This document shows, piece by piece, positions 26,329-39,670 of a stretch of DNA of 64,000 bases; the stretch's first letter is position 1; the number at the start of each line of letters is the position of its first letter. Location of the stretch: positions 930,001-994,000 of the forward strand of contig NC_134035.1 in the NCBI RefSeq assembly GCF_964204645.1, written 5' to 3'. The notes below the pieces were generated by a model that saw nothing but the letters and a program-made list of their open reading frames with translations, was not told the DNA's origin and did not search any database. A program made the position numbers and the translations under genes. The DNA comes from Tubulanus polymorphus. Lineage: Eukaryota; Animalia; Nemertea.

Positions 26329-28116
26329 GTTCCCGATTACCCAAGATTTCATCCATTTCTACTCGACGTTCTTAGAAATTCATTTCAAATCCAATTTCCA
26401 TTGAACTCGTAATTTCTGAAACGCTGTTCAACGCTTAATTTATAGGCATTTTTTCTAAGCTTTCGTTTTCGGAGATATCATTTCTGGTCGGCGTAAGGCA
26501 TCGCATGCTCTTGCTCTAACATGTCTTGACGGTGTTATAGAATTCAGAAAAATATAAAAACATTTATAGAGTTATCTGTTTTTGCCCTCAATATCCGCCT
26601 TCTTATAGGCTTCTGATTATCTCTGATTCTTCAGAATTGTTATCGAAGCTGTTTTTGAAAATTATTCATATTCAACAAATTTGAATCAACAAAGAATGAC
26701 GTTGTTGCGCCGTAAAAATCAACAAAGAAACATTTGATCGAATCAAGAGAGGAATTTTTCCAAAAAAAAAAAATTTTCCGATTTTGTATAATTTATGATC
26801 GTAGTTGTAGTAGTAGTAACAGTGATGATGAATGTTACGCGATAAAGCAATTAGAAAATGAACATCTATTCGTTGAATATTAATAATTTCACTAGTTCCA
26901 CGAGGGTTTGGTCTAACGAGGGTATCGGGTCTCTTCTCTCGCCCTCATCCTAATACACACACGCTGCTGCTGCTGCTGCTGCCTTATCGCAGTTTTTCAA
27001 TTAATGACATACTGAATGAATAGTTTATTCCCCTATCCCGGATCAACAAGGGATTCCTGCCACGTCTATTGTATAAATACGTAACCACGGTAACTATTGT
27101 CTTGCTCACTAGCGGCGCGCGCTATTGTTTTAAGAAGTTCAGTTTTTTTGCCCGTTGTTTCCGAGTTGTTTTCCCGGAGAACTGCTGTTTTGATTTTTTG
27201 ATCTGAAATCTACTTGTCCTCTGCAATCAATTTCGAGGACGGTTCTTTAAAGGCTTAAAAATGATACCATTTAGCTGCTCACTGTCCTAACCACGAGACC
27301 GCTGAGTCATGCACAGTTCAAAAGTTTGTCTGGTCAGCGTTGTGACCATTTAGCTGTGGTTGATCAGTCAGGTGTGATGACGCGGTGTCAAAATCACCGA
27401 CAATACCATAATCAGGGTTTCTAATCAAGCAAATCATAGGCAAACCGAGTAGAACATATCATTCACCATACAGAGTTTTTGGAGAATAAACTTGGCGTTC
27501 AAAACTAATTTATTGGCCAGTTTTACCCCAAATAAAAACATTCCACCCCTCTCCTCTCCTCTAACCTATCCGTAGTGTAATTACAGTTTGCGTCGGCTGG
27601 CTGTTGCTCATATTGGTACAGACAGCACTGGAAACTAATCTTAAACTCATATCGCTAGATGATATTTATTGTTTTCATTGTTCATCGCAAACTACTTCCG
27701 TAATTTATGTCATTCGTCGTCTCTCTCTTGAGAGCTCTTCGTATATCCCCTATTGTTTTAACTTGAGCCATTAATTTTATTTTATGGATTTTGTCGACTG
27801 CGAGCGCATTTAAAATTCCGATTGTCTGTTGACTACAACAGCGACGGAGAATAGCAGACGGATAGGCTGCATTTACAGCACGTATCTGAAGCGAGTTATA
27901 TGTATCGGAATGACAACAACTCGTGACATTTTGCCTTTGTAATAACACAAATCGAAATAAAGGATGAATCTCGCAATAAAGGGCGAATATTCCATCGATT
28001 TGAAATATTTAAAGTTTTGTACGTGACAACAAACTTCAGGAGACGAGAAATTCTGTTTGTTGTAAGCAATAGGCGACAGTTTGTGAAATTCTTGGAAAAA
28101 CAATACAGCAAAAATA

Positions 28117-28250
28117 CAGGATGGCCGCAAACCTGGAAATTAGGGAAAAGTCGGGGATTTTCTTTTTATCTAGAAAAGTCTGGAAATCCAGAGAATTTTG
28201 TAAGAAAAGCTGAAAATCAGGGAAATTTGTTGAGATTGCTAGATCCCTAG
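28117..28250 (+). mobile_element. MITE family A fragment
   Basis: CAGGATGGCCGCAAACCTGGAAATTAGGGAAAAGTC...CAGGGAAATTTGTTGAGATTG, similar to 315-452. Confidence 0.65.
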
Positions 28251-28999
28251 GTCTTTTTGATAATTTTACAATCACGGAACCTCAAATTTCAGAGAAAATC
28301 TGTAAATATCCATTAAGTTCATTATTTCCATCATTTAAATTATTAGATAAGAATTGTTATTAGATTCTGATAGATCTTACTACAGTCCGACACGACGTGA
28401 CAATGTTGAATGATTTTTTTCCACGCGCGCACGTGTGTCTTTCTCTCTCTTTAGGGTCTAGATTTCCACCCACCTCCAGATGTGCTGTAATCTGCAGATA
28501 GATTACGTTCACAGCGTCGGGTTTTACTACTCTGTTAGTTTTCAGCAGAAGTCGTTGAAGCATTTTACACTTTTTCAATACACAGTAAACACCCGGCAGT
28601 GATCCTGATGAACTGCACCGAGCTGAACTTTCATCTCAGTTCACTGCTAAGAAGTGGAGATAGAATAGTTGTTACATTTATGGTCAAGCTCCTTTGCTTG
28701 GCTGGCTTGGTGTTGTTTTCCTCCAGCTCTGGGCCTGTGTATCTTGCACATGGCTCTGGTTCATTCGTATATTTTCAGTAAGTGATTCATAAGAAATAAA
28801 TGAATTGTTACTTTTTGAACGGAGAAATTTCTAAAATTCACAACATGGAAACACTCAGGGATTTTGTGAGTTGGCGGGAAGTGGCCACTGTGGTGTATCT
28901 TGCCCTATTCTGGCTTCGGGCTGGTAGTATGGCTCCCAGCTGGTATGTTAGGGTCTTGTACCTATCCACCTGGCTCATGGTCATCTGTCCATCTACTGC

Positions 29000-29145
29000 A
29001 CTCCGGGCTTGTACTGGTCTCTCGTCTGTCCCCGGGCTGGTGCTGGTCTCGACTGTCTCCGGGCTGGTGCTGGTCTCTTGACTGTCTCCGGGCTGGTACT
29101 GGTCTCTCGTCTGTCTCCGGGCTGGTACTGGTCTCTTGTCTGTCT
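29000..29145. repeat. ~26-28-bp minisatellite
   Basis: CTCCGGGCTGGT(A/G)CTGGTCTC...CTGT, about 5 copies; explains the overlapping spurious ORFs. Confidence 0.9.
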
Positions 29146-30094
29146 ATGTCCGATCCTCGAAGGTATCGTATATTCAAATCGATCAACACACAGTGAATAC
29201 ATTCACCTGAGTCTCGTTATATACAGCATGGCTGACGAGGTGAGATTTCATTTCTCAGTGGACGCTGGTCAGATAACGTCCGTTTATCGCGTCCTTCTCT
29301 CCCCTTCTCCGTACTTGAATACCTTCTCAATGGTTAATCACATTGTTTTGCTGAATCACCGGTATACTTCAGGGACTAAGTCAAAATTCTGATTCAACGA
29401 TGCATCATCAGGCTATAGACTGACCATCGCTGTAAAAAGTTGAGACTATTTCCATTATTGATGAATATCATTTAGACAAACCAATTTAAACAATTGTTAT
29501 TGTTTTGATTTTTCAAGCTGCCCTTCGAAAACTAAGTATAAAAAAAATTTTGGACATTTTTGCGAAATTTGGATACTATTTTCATGGGTTTTTTTTTTTC
29601 TAAATAAAAAGTTATCCATTCTCGGCTGATGTATTTAGGTAGCGCGACACAACCTCATATTTTAGAGATCTGTCCTTTTTCAATAGGAAAGTGTAAAAAC
29701 GTGTGAAAAAGTGCCCTTTTTGCTATTGAAATAGAACTGTCCCTATTGCTTGTCACGGGTCTTATCGTCACTTACAACATATTTCATAAGTTGGCATATT
29801 GTTGTCTGATTTTTTCCTCGTAGAAGGATTGATTCAGTTTCCGATGGAGGGATTGTTCTTTCTCAATGAAGAATAAACAACTGTTACTTGTTAACTGCAG
29901 CTCATTGTTTACAACGGAGAGCTCGAGCTCGTTCGCTGCACGGAGGAGCAATTCCTTTATCAGTACGCGCGCGGCAATAATACCCGGTAATTACCGGATA
30001 CCCCAGGTAGCGTTACACCTGGTGTGAGTTAGAACTCCATTCTCTCTCTCTCGGTTGCTCTCTCTCAGGATTCTCTTCAGAGTGATGCTGACAG

Positions 30095-30343
30095 TCAGTT
30101 GTTATTCAGCTGCTGAGGCGGAGCGGAGATCATCGTTGGTTAGTAGACAGTTTTCACCTATTGTTCTTATTCTCTGTGTGTGTGTAGCTGAAACAGATGA
30201 TACTTTTACTACTACTACGCTGCTGCTGCTGCTGCTGCTGCCGGGAGTTTACTATTGATGCTACTACTGTATATACTACAACTATTCTTCACAACTAGAA
30301 CTGATGAATCGGCTAAATCTTTAGTCACTTTTGGGTATTGCGT
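30095..30343 (+). other. Candidate alternative first exon B of SoxD (ATG 30258)
   Basis: CT repeats upstream, Inr-like TCAGTT at 30095, donor gtaagt at 30344. ATG 30258 is open for 28 codons + 2 nt, the phase needed to join the 39819 acceptor in frame. Confidence 0.4.
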
Positions 30344-31674
30344 GTAAGTCATCATTTTCATACATCTTTTGACAATGTTTTGATAGAAACTTGATTTTTA
30401 CGTAAGATCTTCAGAAGTTCATCGTCAGATATGTTTCCAAATTAAACTTTTCGAGAAAGATTGATAATTAAGGGGTTTTTTTATGAATTGCTGTAACGCT
30501 TTGTATTTCATAGCATGTTAAAGTGTTCTTTTCACAATTCTAAATAATTTTCAAAAATGATAAATTCTCTAAATGTTTACTACACATTAGTTTTTGTTTA
30601 AATAGTTTTTTTTTCCTACACGATAATGCTATTCACATTCTGTGATGGCAAAAGCGATTGAAATCGAGCCCTTTTCAAACTCATCGCCGATCAATAATCA
30701 GTCTTTTATTTTTAAAACGAAGATATCCACCACCGGATCGAACTTGCTGTTTCTACAATGTTCCAGGCGCGCTCGCGCACGGACGACACAAACGACTAGA
30801 CAAACTGTTAAATCAAGTGTGCATAACAACGTTGGTCGTCGTATAAACGATTGTTGCGTCTTCTTTCATTCATTCTAGAATTCGTGATTTTTCGATTCAA
30901 TTTGCATCTAAATTCGTAGTTCTGCGAACTGAATCTCTTATCTTCATCGATTTCCATGTTCTATTATGTTTCGCGTGTATTTATAAATTTTTAATCGGGT
31001 ACCGTCAATGCTACCGTGGCAAGCGAGGATTCCGCCAGGTGTCGCTAGTAGTAACTGGGTTACCGCGCTTCGATTTCTTCAACATTTCGATTAAATTCGA
31101 TTCTACTTATCCAAATTTTAGTAAATCAATTTTAGCGTACCATCTCTGACTGAGAAAGCGGGTCTTATATCTATCCGATGACTTGTTTGTGAATTTTCAG
31201 ATTTTGGAGCCTAAAAATCAAGTTCAGTGAAGTGAAAGCAATCATGTAGATTATGAAATTTCAGATATTTTTCTCAAATATTTCATGACTATTACACCTA
31301 ACTATGCATCATCAACAATAGATTTTGAAAAAATTATCGCCAATTCGGTGTTTGTTCACAAAACTGGAAACTATTTGTTGTCTCTAAATTAGAGGGCTTT
31401 TACGTAGTAAATAGTTTTTCATTCAGTAAACCTCTCCTCTCCTCCTCATGGGATCTGTAAAAATGCCGGGATTGAATGAAGATCCACTCAGCAGCAGTAG
31501 AAGCAGCAGCAGCGGCGGCAACATCTCGCTGGAATTTCTAAACAATTATAAGCAAACAAAAACATTCAGCAAACATGAACCACTTCCTGTTTTATGGTAT
31601 TCACACAATAGACGATCAGACACGGGGTATCTCAGCAGAGTTCTCTCAAAATCTTCATCTGATTCTCGAGTGAT

Positions 31675-31748
31675 ATGATCCAGTTCTTGGACGATCGTGG
31701 TGTTTTAGAGATTGAGTCTAGTTTTCTAGGATTAAATGTAAGGGTAGG
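31675..31748 (+). other. Candidate alternative first coding exon C of SoxD
   Basis: ATG 31675 is open for 24 codons + 2 nt (MIQFLDDRGVLEIESSFLGLNVRV) to the donor GG|gtaagt at 31749; in frame with the 39819 acceptor. Confidence 0.35.
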
Positions 31749-31943
31749 GTAAGTAAGGGTGATATTTTGACATTTAATCGGTCAATGATAGAAGCATTCT
31801 TGGAAGTAAAATCCGTTAGAAATGAAGAGAAATTCATCGACTCTGGCATTCTCATGTCAGTATATAGATTCTTAGGTTTTTAAGTCATTTTGTTGAATTT
31901 GCTAAATGCGCCTTCGGTCATAGTTTCATGTGCTCCAGCTCTG

Positions 31944-32070
31944 GGGCCAGTTGCTCAAAAGTTGGTTAAAGATAACCGACCGTTAAATACCATAGTAACA
32001 ATGAAATTTTAATTGTCACCATATCAACTATCCACTGGTTACCTCTAACCAACTTTTGAGCAACCGGCCC
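31944..32070. mobile_element. Hairpin MITE family C (GGGCC termini, CTG duplication; PIF/Harbinger-like)
   Basis: ctg-GGGCCAGTTGCTCAAAAGTTGGTTA...TAACCAACTTTTGAGCAACCGGCCC-ctg; nearly the same as 8128-8264. Confidence 0.8.
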
Positions 32071-35000
32071 CTGGTCTTTAGAGCATTGTGTAGAAGGTGT
32101 GTGTATTATCTTACAGAGGTCAATAAACATATTTCTACCTCTGGTTGATGTTATGTATGAGGGAACGGATTATCATCCACATTTCATGTGGTCTCTGTAA
32201 ACAGTAAAAGGACAAAGGCATTATCATCCTCGCAGTATAATTATCACACACAGCTTTTAGCTATGTTGCTTGTGTATGCTTGTTACTAGGTAGGGGGCAT
32301 CTGAAGATTATTCCAATCAGTTTTGGGTTCGAGTTTGAAGTTTCTTATTTTTCCCTTTTCCAAATGATGGAAACAGAGAGGAAGCCTTTCTGTCTACGGT
32401 TAGCGTGCTTTTGTTGATAAGATTTGTACACACTATTCTCAGATTCTAATATATATATTTTCCACTGTATAGAAATTGAATGGAAAACTTATTTCTAGCT
32501 TCAAGAAACTGATTTCAAATCATCATCGGATTAAGAAAAAGGAAAATCAACTAGCTAAAATGGCGAATTTTCAAAAAGAAGTACTTTGTACTCAAGGCAC
32601 CTTTCAAACTTAGGAAACTTTTTTGTTAGATGTTAAGCCAAGTTGATGGAATCATGCATTTTCGAGGTGGTCCCTCATAGTGTAGAAGCTGTGGCAGTAA
32701 TTATGAGTGCAGCTACAGAACAATTACTCGCCTATAGACCATCTGGTTCTAATGACTGCGTTTGTAAAACTCGCCTACAATCAGTCGGAAACTGATCAAG
32801 TCAGATTATCTTTTGTCTGCCAATCAATCAATCCATCTATATTATACTAGCACCTATCTGTAGGCAGGTGATTGATAATCTACTCATCATCGAGAGTTAC
32901 TACACCTTTCTCGTTCTAGGAGAAAGTATTGATTTTATTTTCATTCATCCTCCAGAGTTCCTATGTGTCGTCACTCATCTGAACACAGTTAATGAAATAT
33001 TTGTAAAAGGCGTTTTGAATTTTTCCTTTTTTAAACAAGTCGGTGTTTGAACTATTTGTAGAAAAGAAACGTTTAATTGTCGTAAATAGTTAAAACTATT
33101 GCAGTTTTGATGAGTATAATTGAGAGAAACTCTTGATATCAATTTAAACATTGGTCTATAGATTTTTAGCGTTATTTGAAATTTGAAACTAACTGTAACC
33201 GCGTACCAGTCGTCATTATGTACCGCAAGTATTCATTTCGATGATAATACTCAATTAAAGTCCCGCCTTAAATTAAAAATCATTAAAACTCGGCCCTCGA
33301 GGCATCTACGGCGATGTTTAAAGGTTCTTTTCTAAACGTCTGATCTTCACAAAGTATAGAATAAATGCTGAACATCAAAATTCACGAAAACAATATATAA
33401 AAATAACTTCTGCCTTTTTTCCTTAAACTCTCGATTCGGATATTTTTTGTTTTGATGTTCGACGTTTTATAAATAATTATGACGAATGCGACAGGAAAAA
33501 AGTTCAATTCTAAATGTCAGAAACCACTTCACAAGAATGATTTGTATAATGAAGTTCGCTTGATTAGAATTTGTTGTTTCATTCGTGGAGAAAAAAACAC
33601 CTGACAAAAAACCTATATTTGTGATGACATTTTGAAATACAGATATGGGTGGAGTCTGTTACAGTTCTGTGAATTTGGAAATTGAGGTTAATTTATTCTA
33701 TTTGATATAATTAGGCGAGGAGGTACCTTGCCATCTTTCACTGGTCTTCCGGATCAGGGATGGATTCAGCGTTAAATTTTGACTACTTCGTCAATGAAAA
33801 TGGCGTAACTTTTTTTCATAAAATGAACATTGTAGGAATCAATCCAAATTCACGATATAAGCCATGCTCTTAGGGTTGACAACAGCACACCCTCAAATCC
33901 TACCCAAAGACTCGTCAGATTTAGACTAGTCGGATGTTTTCCAAGGTTTTAAGAAATTTATCGATAAGAGTTCTTGATCGCCTCGTCTGAGGTTTCCCTG
34001 AGGATCCAGTCGTGTAGTTATGAGTTACAGTTAACTGTTGAGTTGAAATCAGTTCATTTTCGATGAGTTAACTCTTGAGTCAGTTCTTATCCCAGATCTG
34101 CGTAACCGAGTTCTGGGTTCTTCGGTTCAAATCCTAGTTGTAGCGGAGTTTCCTGGACATGTGGTCCTATTTTGTAATGCTGACTTGGAAGTGACCAATA
34201 TAGATTCAGCACTGGTGACTACACTCATCAACTCTATTGTCTATTGTAAATATGTATAAATATACAATGATGGATTGCTCGGTGTATTTACATCTGGATT
34301 CTGTTAATTAAGACCATTAATAGGAATCAATTTCTTACAGCGCGCCGATCATTTCATCCATCCACCTCCGACGGAGCGAGCATCCATCCATCGGCGATTA
34401 GAGAGCAAAAGCTCAAGCTTTGATAGTTGTGCGTGTGAGTCATCTCTTATATCACTGAACAAACTCTCCAGTACACAATCATAAATTATACTCCCTGATG
34501 GTCATCATTCATCCTTCATGTATATGTATTGTGAGTGAGTATATATATATGTGTTTGTGTATCTGGTGGTGGTGCTGTTGTTGTTGTTGATCCCTTGTGG
34601 CCAGATTTAATCGTTGTTCTATCTCTCTCTCTCTTCAAACCGTGCCTGACTCATCCCCGATGCACAATACAATACCCACCGTATTGGATGAATGGGTATA
34701 TATCTAAGACTTAGACTCCTGATGAATGGGTACCCCGTATGATCAGGACTTAGACTCCTGCAACTCTATAAGGGTAACAGGTAATAATACCCTTCCGGTA
34801 GATATCGCCCCATTGCATATGTCAAAAAGTATCATCTTGTTTTTATCCAAGTGTTACATACTCTAGTTTGATAGAAAACTGAATTTGAAGGCGGGGGTAT
34901 TTTTACCTGGGTTGGATTTATATATACTGTGAACTGGGGGTTGATTCTTAGGATGTGCCATTTTGGTGCTTGATGGTTGGATGCCATTTTAAAGTAGAAC

Positions 35001-36459
35001 TTATACCTACCAGCAACTGAGAAGCTTCTACTATATAGAATGCTAGCTATGACATCTAATAAACAGTTACATAACCCGTTGAATATACATTGTTGCCATG
35101 GATGATGCAGGGGTCCATGCTTTCAAGTGTTTTCTTAGCTCTCAAGATGATTTGGATTAAGTTGAGGAAATAATGTTTCTGTTCAGATTCCTTGCTGATT
35201 TCTCTTTGACGACGAAGGAACAATCTGGAATTGTGTATGAGCTTCACTAGCTATAATTGGCTGCATACTCCGGTTGGGAATAGCATAACACGAGCTGTAC
35301 CTCTAGTGACAAGACCAAGAATATTCTTCAGGCTGAAATTTTGTTTTCTCGAATATATCGCTGCACTGGACTTGACGCCCACGAATCCTAAATTTCTTCA
35401 CATGAGCCGTGACAAGGTACGAGATTGTCTTCATGACTCGGAGGTTGGTTTCGTAACGATGGGATTTTCTTCAAAGAAAAGTTGTATCGAACTTAATTGA
35501 TATGTAAATGTTAGGAATTAGGGAATTTGTTTATTCTCCAACCATTTCTGTGGTACATGGAGGGAGACTATGAAATATATATATTTACAAAACAACAGAA
35601 AATATAAACTTTTGTTGATGAAATATAACACAAAGTTATTAACAATACTGTACATGTCATACACTAATTATATAATATATCAAACTTGGAGAGATCTATA
35701 TAGATGAATTCAAACAGCGCTACCTAGTGACAGATCATCAATTGTCACGATTCAAAGAGATATTCTTTATTTGAGGTAGAGAAAAAAGGTTTAATGTCAT
35801 CATCATCATCATTATAGACATTGCTAATCAATGAGCATGATAACCTCTTCGTACCTAGGGGCCAGGGTGTGCTACTTCTCTCTCTCGATATCCTGAAGGA
35901 GATCATTTTGAGATAAAAAAAATAGATTAATAAGCAGTTATCAGGTGTTGTCTAATTTTCATGCGATTAATTAGGTTTTCTCTCACGTGCCACACGCGTG
36001 GCGCGCTGCCGTCTACAGCGGGTTCACAAACGCTCGTAATCAGCCATTGTTCTACGTCATTAACGCGAAGTCACTACTCGCTTTACCTGTGACCTCGGAG
36101 TCGAGATTACGTTTTCGCGCCGAGATGTAGATTTTTTCGGCGGAAGGTTTCAGGTTTAATTAGGCGACGATCGATATATCGTAGTAATTACGCCGCGAAA
36201 GAGAATGGTCGACTAGAAACGATGTCGTTTTCGTTTGTGTTGTCGGAAGATAATTTCTCGTTAATGCCGCATCGCGCGCGCGGACGCTTTAATTAGAATC
36301 GATTCGCGTTAATTATGAAAACGAAGGCAAAAAATTATTATCTCTTCTTTCTTTGTATCGTTATCGGAGGCGGCTTCTGTCTTACGACCGTCTGCGCCTG
36401 TTATCAGCAGAACAGTGTACAGACCAATACCATCTGGTCAAGTCCCTGCAAATGAGGAA

Positions 36460-36745
36460 AATGGCAGAGTCTCATGGTGCCATAAGTTTCAAATCCTTTC
36501 AAGGGAGGGACGTTGTAGATTGTCATGAGTTCAAATCCTTCAAGGAAGGAATGTTTCACAGTCCTAATGAGACCACGAGGTTCAAACCCTATCGAGGGAG
36601 GAACGTTGTAAAGTCTCATGATGTCATCAAGTTCCAATCCTTGCCACGCAGGAGCACTACAGTCACATGATGCCACGAGGTTCAAAGCTCTGGAGGAACA
36701 GAGACCTGTGGAGGAACGTAGTTCAAATCCATACAATGTGGAGGA
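36460..36745. repeat. ~40-bp degenerate minisatellite
   Basis: Recurring GTTCAAATCC...GGAGGAACGTTGTA units. Confidence 0.8.
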
Positions 36746-36790
36746 TGCTCATAACACACATGACTGGTAGACTGATATTAGGCTTAAAGA

Positions 36791-37025
36791 GTTAACAAAT
36801 AAAAACCCACAGCAGATATTGAAAAGTTAGTTAATTATCTGACTAACAGATTCGGGGTTACTTCTAAACCCTTTCATCAGAGAGACCATACAGATTTTAT
36901 GGTTTCACTGATGATCGGGTTTAGAAATAACCCTGAAACTGTTATTCAGATGATAAACTAACTTTTCAATATCTACTGTGGGTTTTTTACTTGTTAACCG
37001 CGTCATCATTTTGAAACATGACACT
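36791..37025 (+). mobile_element. Older fold-back element with two degenerate hammerhead motifs
   Basis: Imperfect palindrome 36791-36998. Plus strand: CTGATGA (36908)-GGGTT...AACCC-t-GAAACTGTTATTC. Minus strand: CTGATGA (36880-36874)-aa-GGGTT...AACCC-c-GAATCTGTTAGTC. Tail hairpin GTCAT...ATGAC. No clear TSD. Confidence 0.7.
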
Positions 37026-37952
37026 TTTAATTAATAAGAATCGCAGCAACTGCAGCAGCATCGGTGGCGCTGATGCAGTTTTTATATCTCGGATGATGCC
37101 GCGTTTTCACTTTGTTTCAGCTATTGTTGAGTAAAAACACTCGACAATGTATCGGCACTTCAACGCTGCTGTTATTAATTTTCCTGAGGTTTAAGTGCTG
37201 CTATACTTTGTGATAATGAAACGACACAAAACTCAACTTGAAGTAGTTATCGTCATCGTCAACTGTTATTGTTTTTACGACTATAGAATTTTCCGTCGTC
37301 GTCGTCGTCAAACTTTTCATCATTTTCGTACATATTGTTATTTACTACGCGGGAGGTTCGAGGGTACTCGTACCGCTCGTAGTCGCTGTACTTTAACCAA
37401 CTTTCTCTCAGCGGAAAACGTTTCGGATTAAGCGTCGTTCCTTCTAAAAACTTCACACCGGATTTCGTTATAATCTGTTTTCCGATAGTTGGAAAACATT
37501 CACGAATATTTTTCGAAAAAAAAAAAAAATTTCCCGCTTGAAAACGACAGCATAGTTTTTATAAGTGATTGATCAATTATGAAAGCGCAATTGAGTTGGG
37601 CCCATTTTCCGAATTATACTCTATTCCCGATAGTGGTAAATATTTAACCAAGACATTTTCGCCTAATGGCCACCGTTTGATTGTCCAAGAGGGACCGTGT
37701 AATAATGTTATTTGTCCTGAGGCACACGTCATATATCTTGACGGCAAACAACTATTCGTCCATATTTGATCTCATTTCTTTCCACTTTTTTTCCCGATAT
37801 TGTTTCTGTTCTAGTACTCATCTCCTAGGTTTCAATGGATAGATACTGTATCCATGTTGTGACGATAATATGTAGAGAATGTCACGATAAAAGAATGAAA
37901 GAAAGGAATGATATGAAAGTCTGAAAATGTCTCCTTGAGCTAGTGAAGTTTA

Positions 37953-37994
37953 TTTCAACGTTTTGACTAAATTTTTACTAGTCATCTTCAGGAG
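37953..37994 (-). ncRNA. Degenerate minimal hammerhead motif (Penelope-like terminal repeat remnant)
   Basis: Minus strand CTC-CTGAAGA-T-GACTA-gtaaaaatt-TAGTC-AAAACGTT-GAA; core GAAA is changed to AAAA. Confidence 0.5.
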
Positions 37995-39541
37995 CATTTC
38001 CCTTAGTAATCTAATAGTCATATTCAGGAATAATGAGTTACATCACAGTTATAGGTAATTATATAATACGATAGTGAATATAGATATAGATTTAAATCAA
38101 TAGATATTGAAGACATGAACTAGCAGGTACTTAAATCAAAACAATAGTCAGATATTAGAGACAAACTAGGGGGTACTCATTCATTCATTCATTCATATTT
38201 TATTGCTCAAAAAAAATAATTTGCATAGAGCATCGTTTTTAGCAAGATAGCAAATGTAACAATAGTTCAAAAGTATTTCAAGCCTTTTCTAATATAAAGA
38301 ACTAAGTTGAGACGAGTTCTTCCTACTTAGATCAAAACAATATTAGAGACAAAGTAGGGAGTACTTAAATAAAAACAATAGTCATTCAAACTTAGGTATT
38401 CACTATTGTTTTGACCTGTTTTGGAACTTTATATCGATTTTTTCGTTGTTTTTGTATGATTCTCTAGATGTTTCTTTGGATATGTGTTATTCGCGTTATC
38501 TGGGATCTAGTTCTTACCCTTGAACACACTCTACTACCATCATCATCTATCGGCGAAGAAATGCTAATTAACAAGATGTAATTTTTATCGTCCTCCCGAC
38601 AAATTGACCGAATTCTTCGTTAACTATTATTCTAACACCGATTTTAGGTGCGCCTGATTCTGCGCGGCTCGGTTTAGAAATAAAAAAAACTTGAACTCCT
38701 GCGTCGGAATATCTTATCATATGATAAGACTGCGATTGTTTAGCCGGAGAGAGGGTATTTGTTTCAGTTCGATGGTTGTAAACAGACAATTTATGGACTC
38801 TAAAAACGTAGAAATGGCCCTTAAGATTTAATAAATAATGGCATCGGTTCATCGTAACAACCTGAAAGAGAGGTATTGTGTATCGTGGCAACTTTTGTCT
38901 AGTGTTTACGCGTATATATATACACTTTGTCAATTTCTCCTCTCCCTCCAGTGAGAGAGTGGGTTTTACCTACGTTCTGGAAATTTATGGGTTCGGAAAT
39001 ATTTGCAGCAGCAATGCCGGAGCGCAAATGAATATTTCAGCGAAATAAAAAAAAAGAGAGAACATCGGGGCATTGTTCGCCTCTGTGTGAGATTTACGAT
39101 TGCCCCGTTTGCGTAAGAAAGACAGTAACATAAGTTGTGAAGAAGAGTTACTGTTCTCGTTATAGATTACTAGCGTTTGTAGACAAAGAGAGAATCAAAT
39201 GGGTTCTACTACTCGAACTTATCAGTCGTATCGAGAGAACAGATCGACCATTTTCCGATGATCTGCGATATCATTTTAGAGGTATTTGTTAGATTTCGGC
39301 CGTGAGTTTGAAACTCGTTCCTCGGTAACAGTTTGAAAATCGATGTGAATATTCTTCGGACAGAGTTCTTTGCCACACTAGACTGAGTGCGCAGGTTTCG
39401 CCGCAAGAAAATTTGTGGCTATAAACAGATTGCCCGTTGTATAATCGCTGAGGCAATTTCATGTTTAAATGAAAATGGAAAAACCCTGACTAAAATGAAA
39501 CTGGATTTCTGATTTGCTAATCATGATATCATCTAAGCTGC

Positions 39542-39670
39542 GCACTCGGTCTAGTGTGGCAGGGTTTCATACCATGGCCAGTCTCAATGCCATCAGGTTC
39601 GAATCCCTGTCGGAGGAAAGGATGGAATGTAAGACTGATGTGTTCTCAGTTTCAGCAGTTGGCAAACAAA
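39542..39670 (+). mobile_element. tRNA-derived SINE remnant
   Basis: A-box-like GGTCTAGTGTGG (39548) and a perfect B box GGTTCGAATCC (39596-39606); no complete cloverleaf. Confidence 0.55.

Noticed and set aside
28800-29392. Cluster of overlapping ORFs
   Set aside because: Explained by a stop-poor minisatellite.
36353-36736. ORFs with repeated FKSF-like motifs
   Set aside because: Translation of a ~40-bp tandem repeat.
39542-39615. Functional tRNA gene
   Set aside because: Acceptor, D and anticodon stems do not pair convincingly; treated as a SINE remnant.
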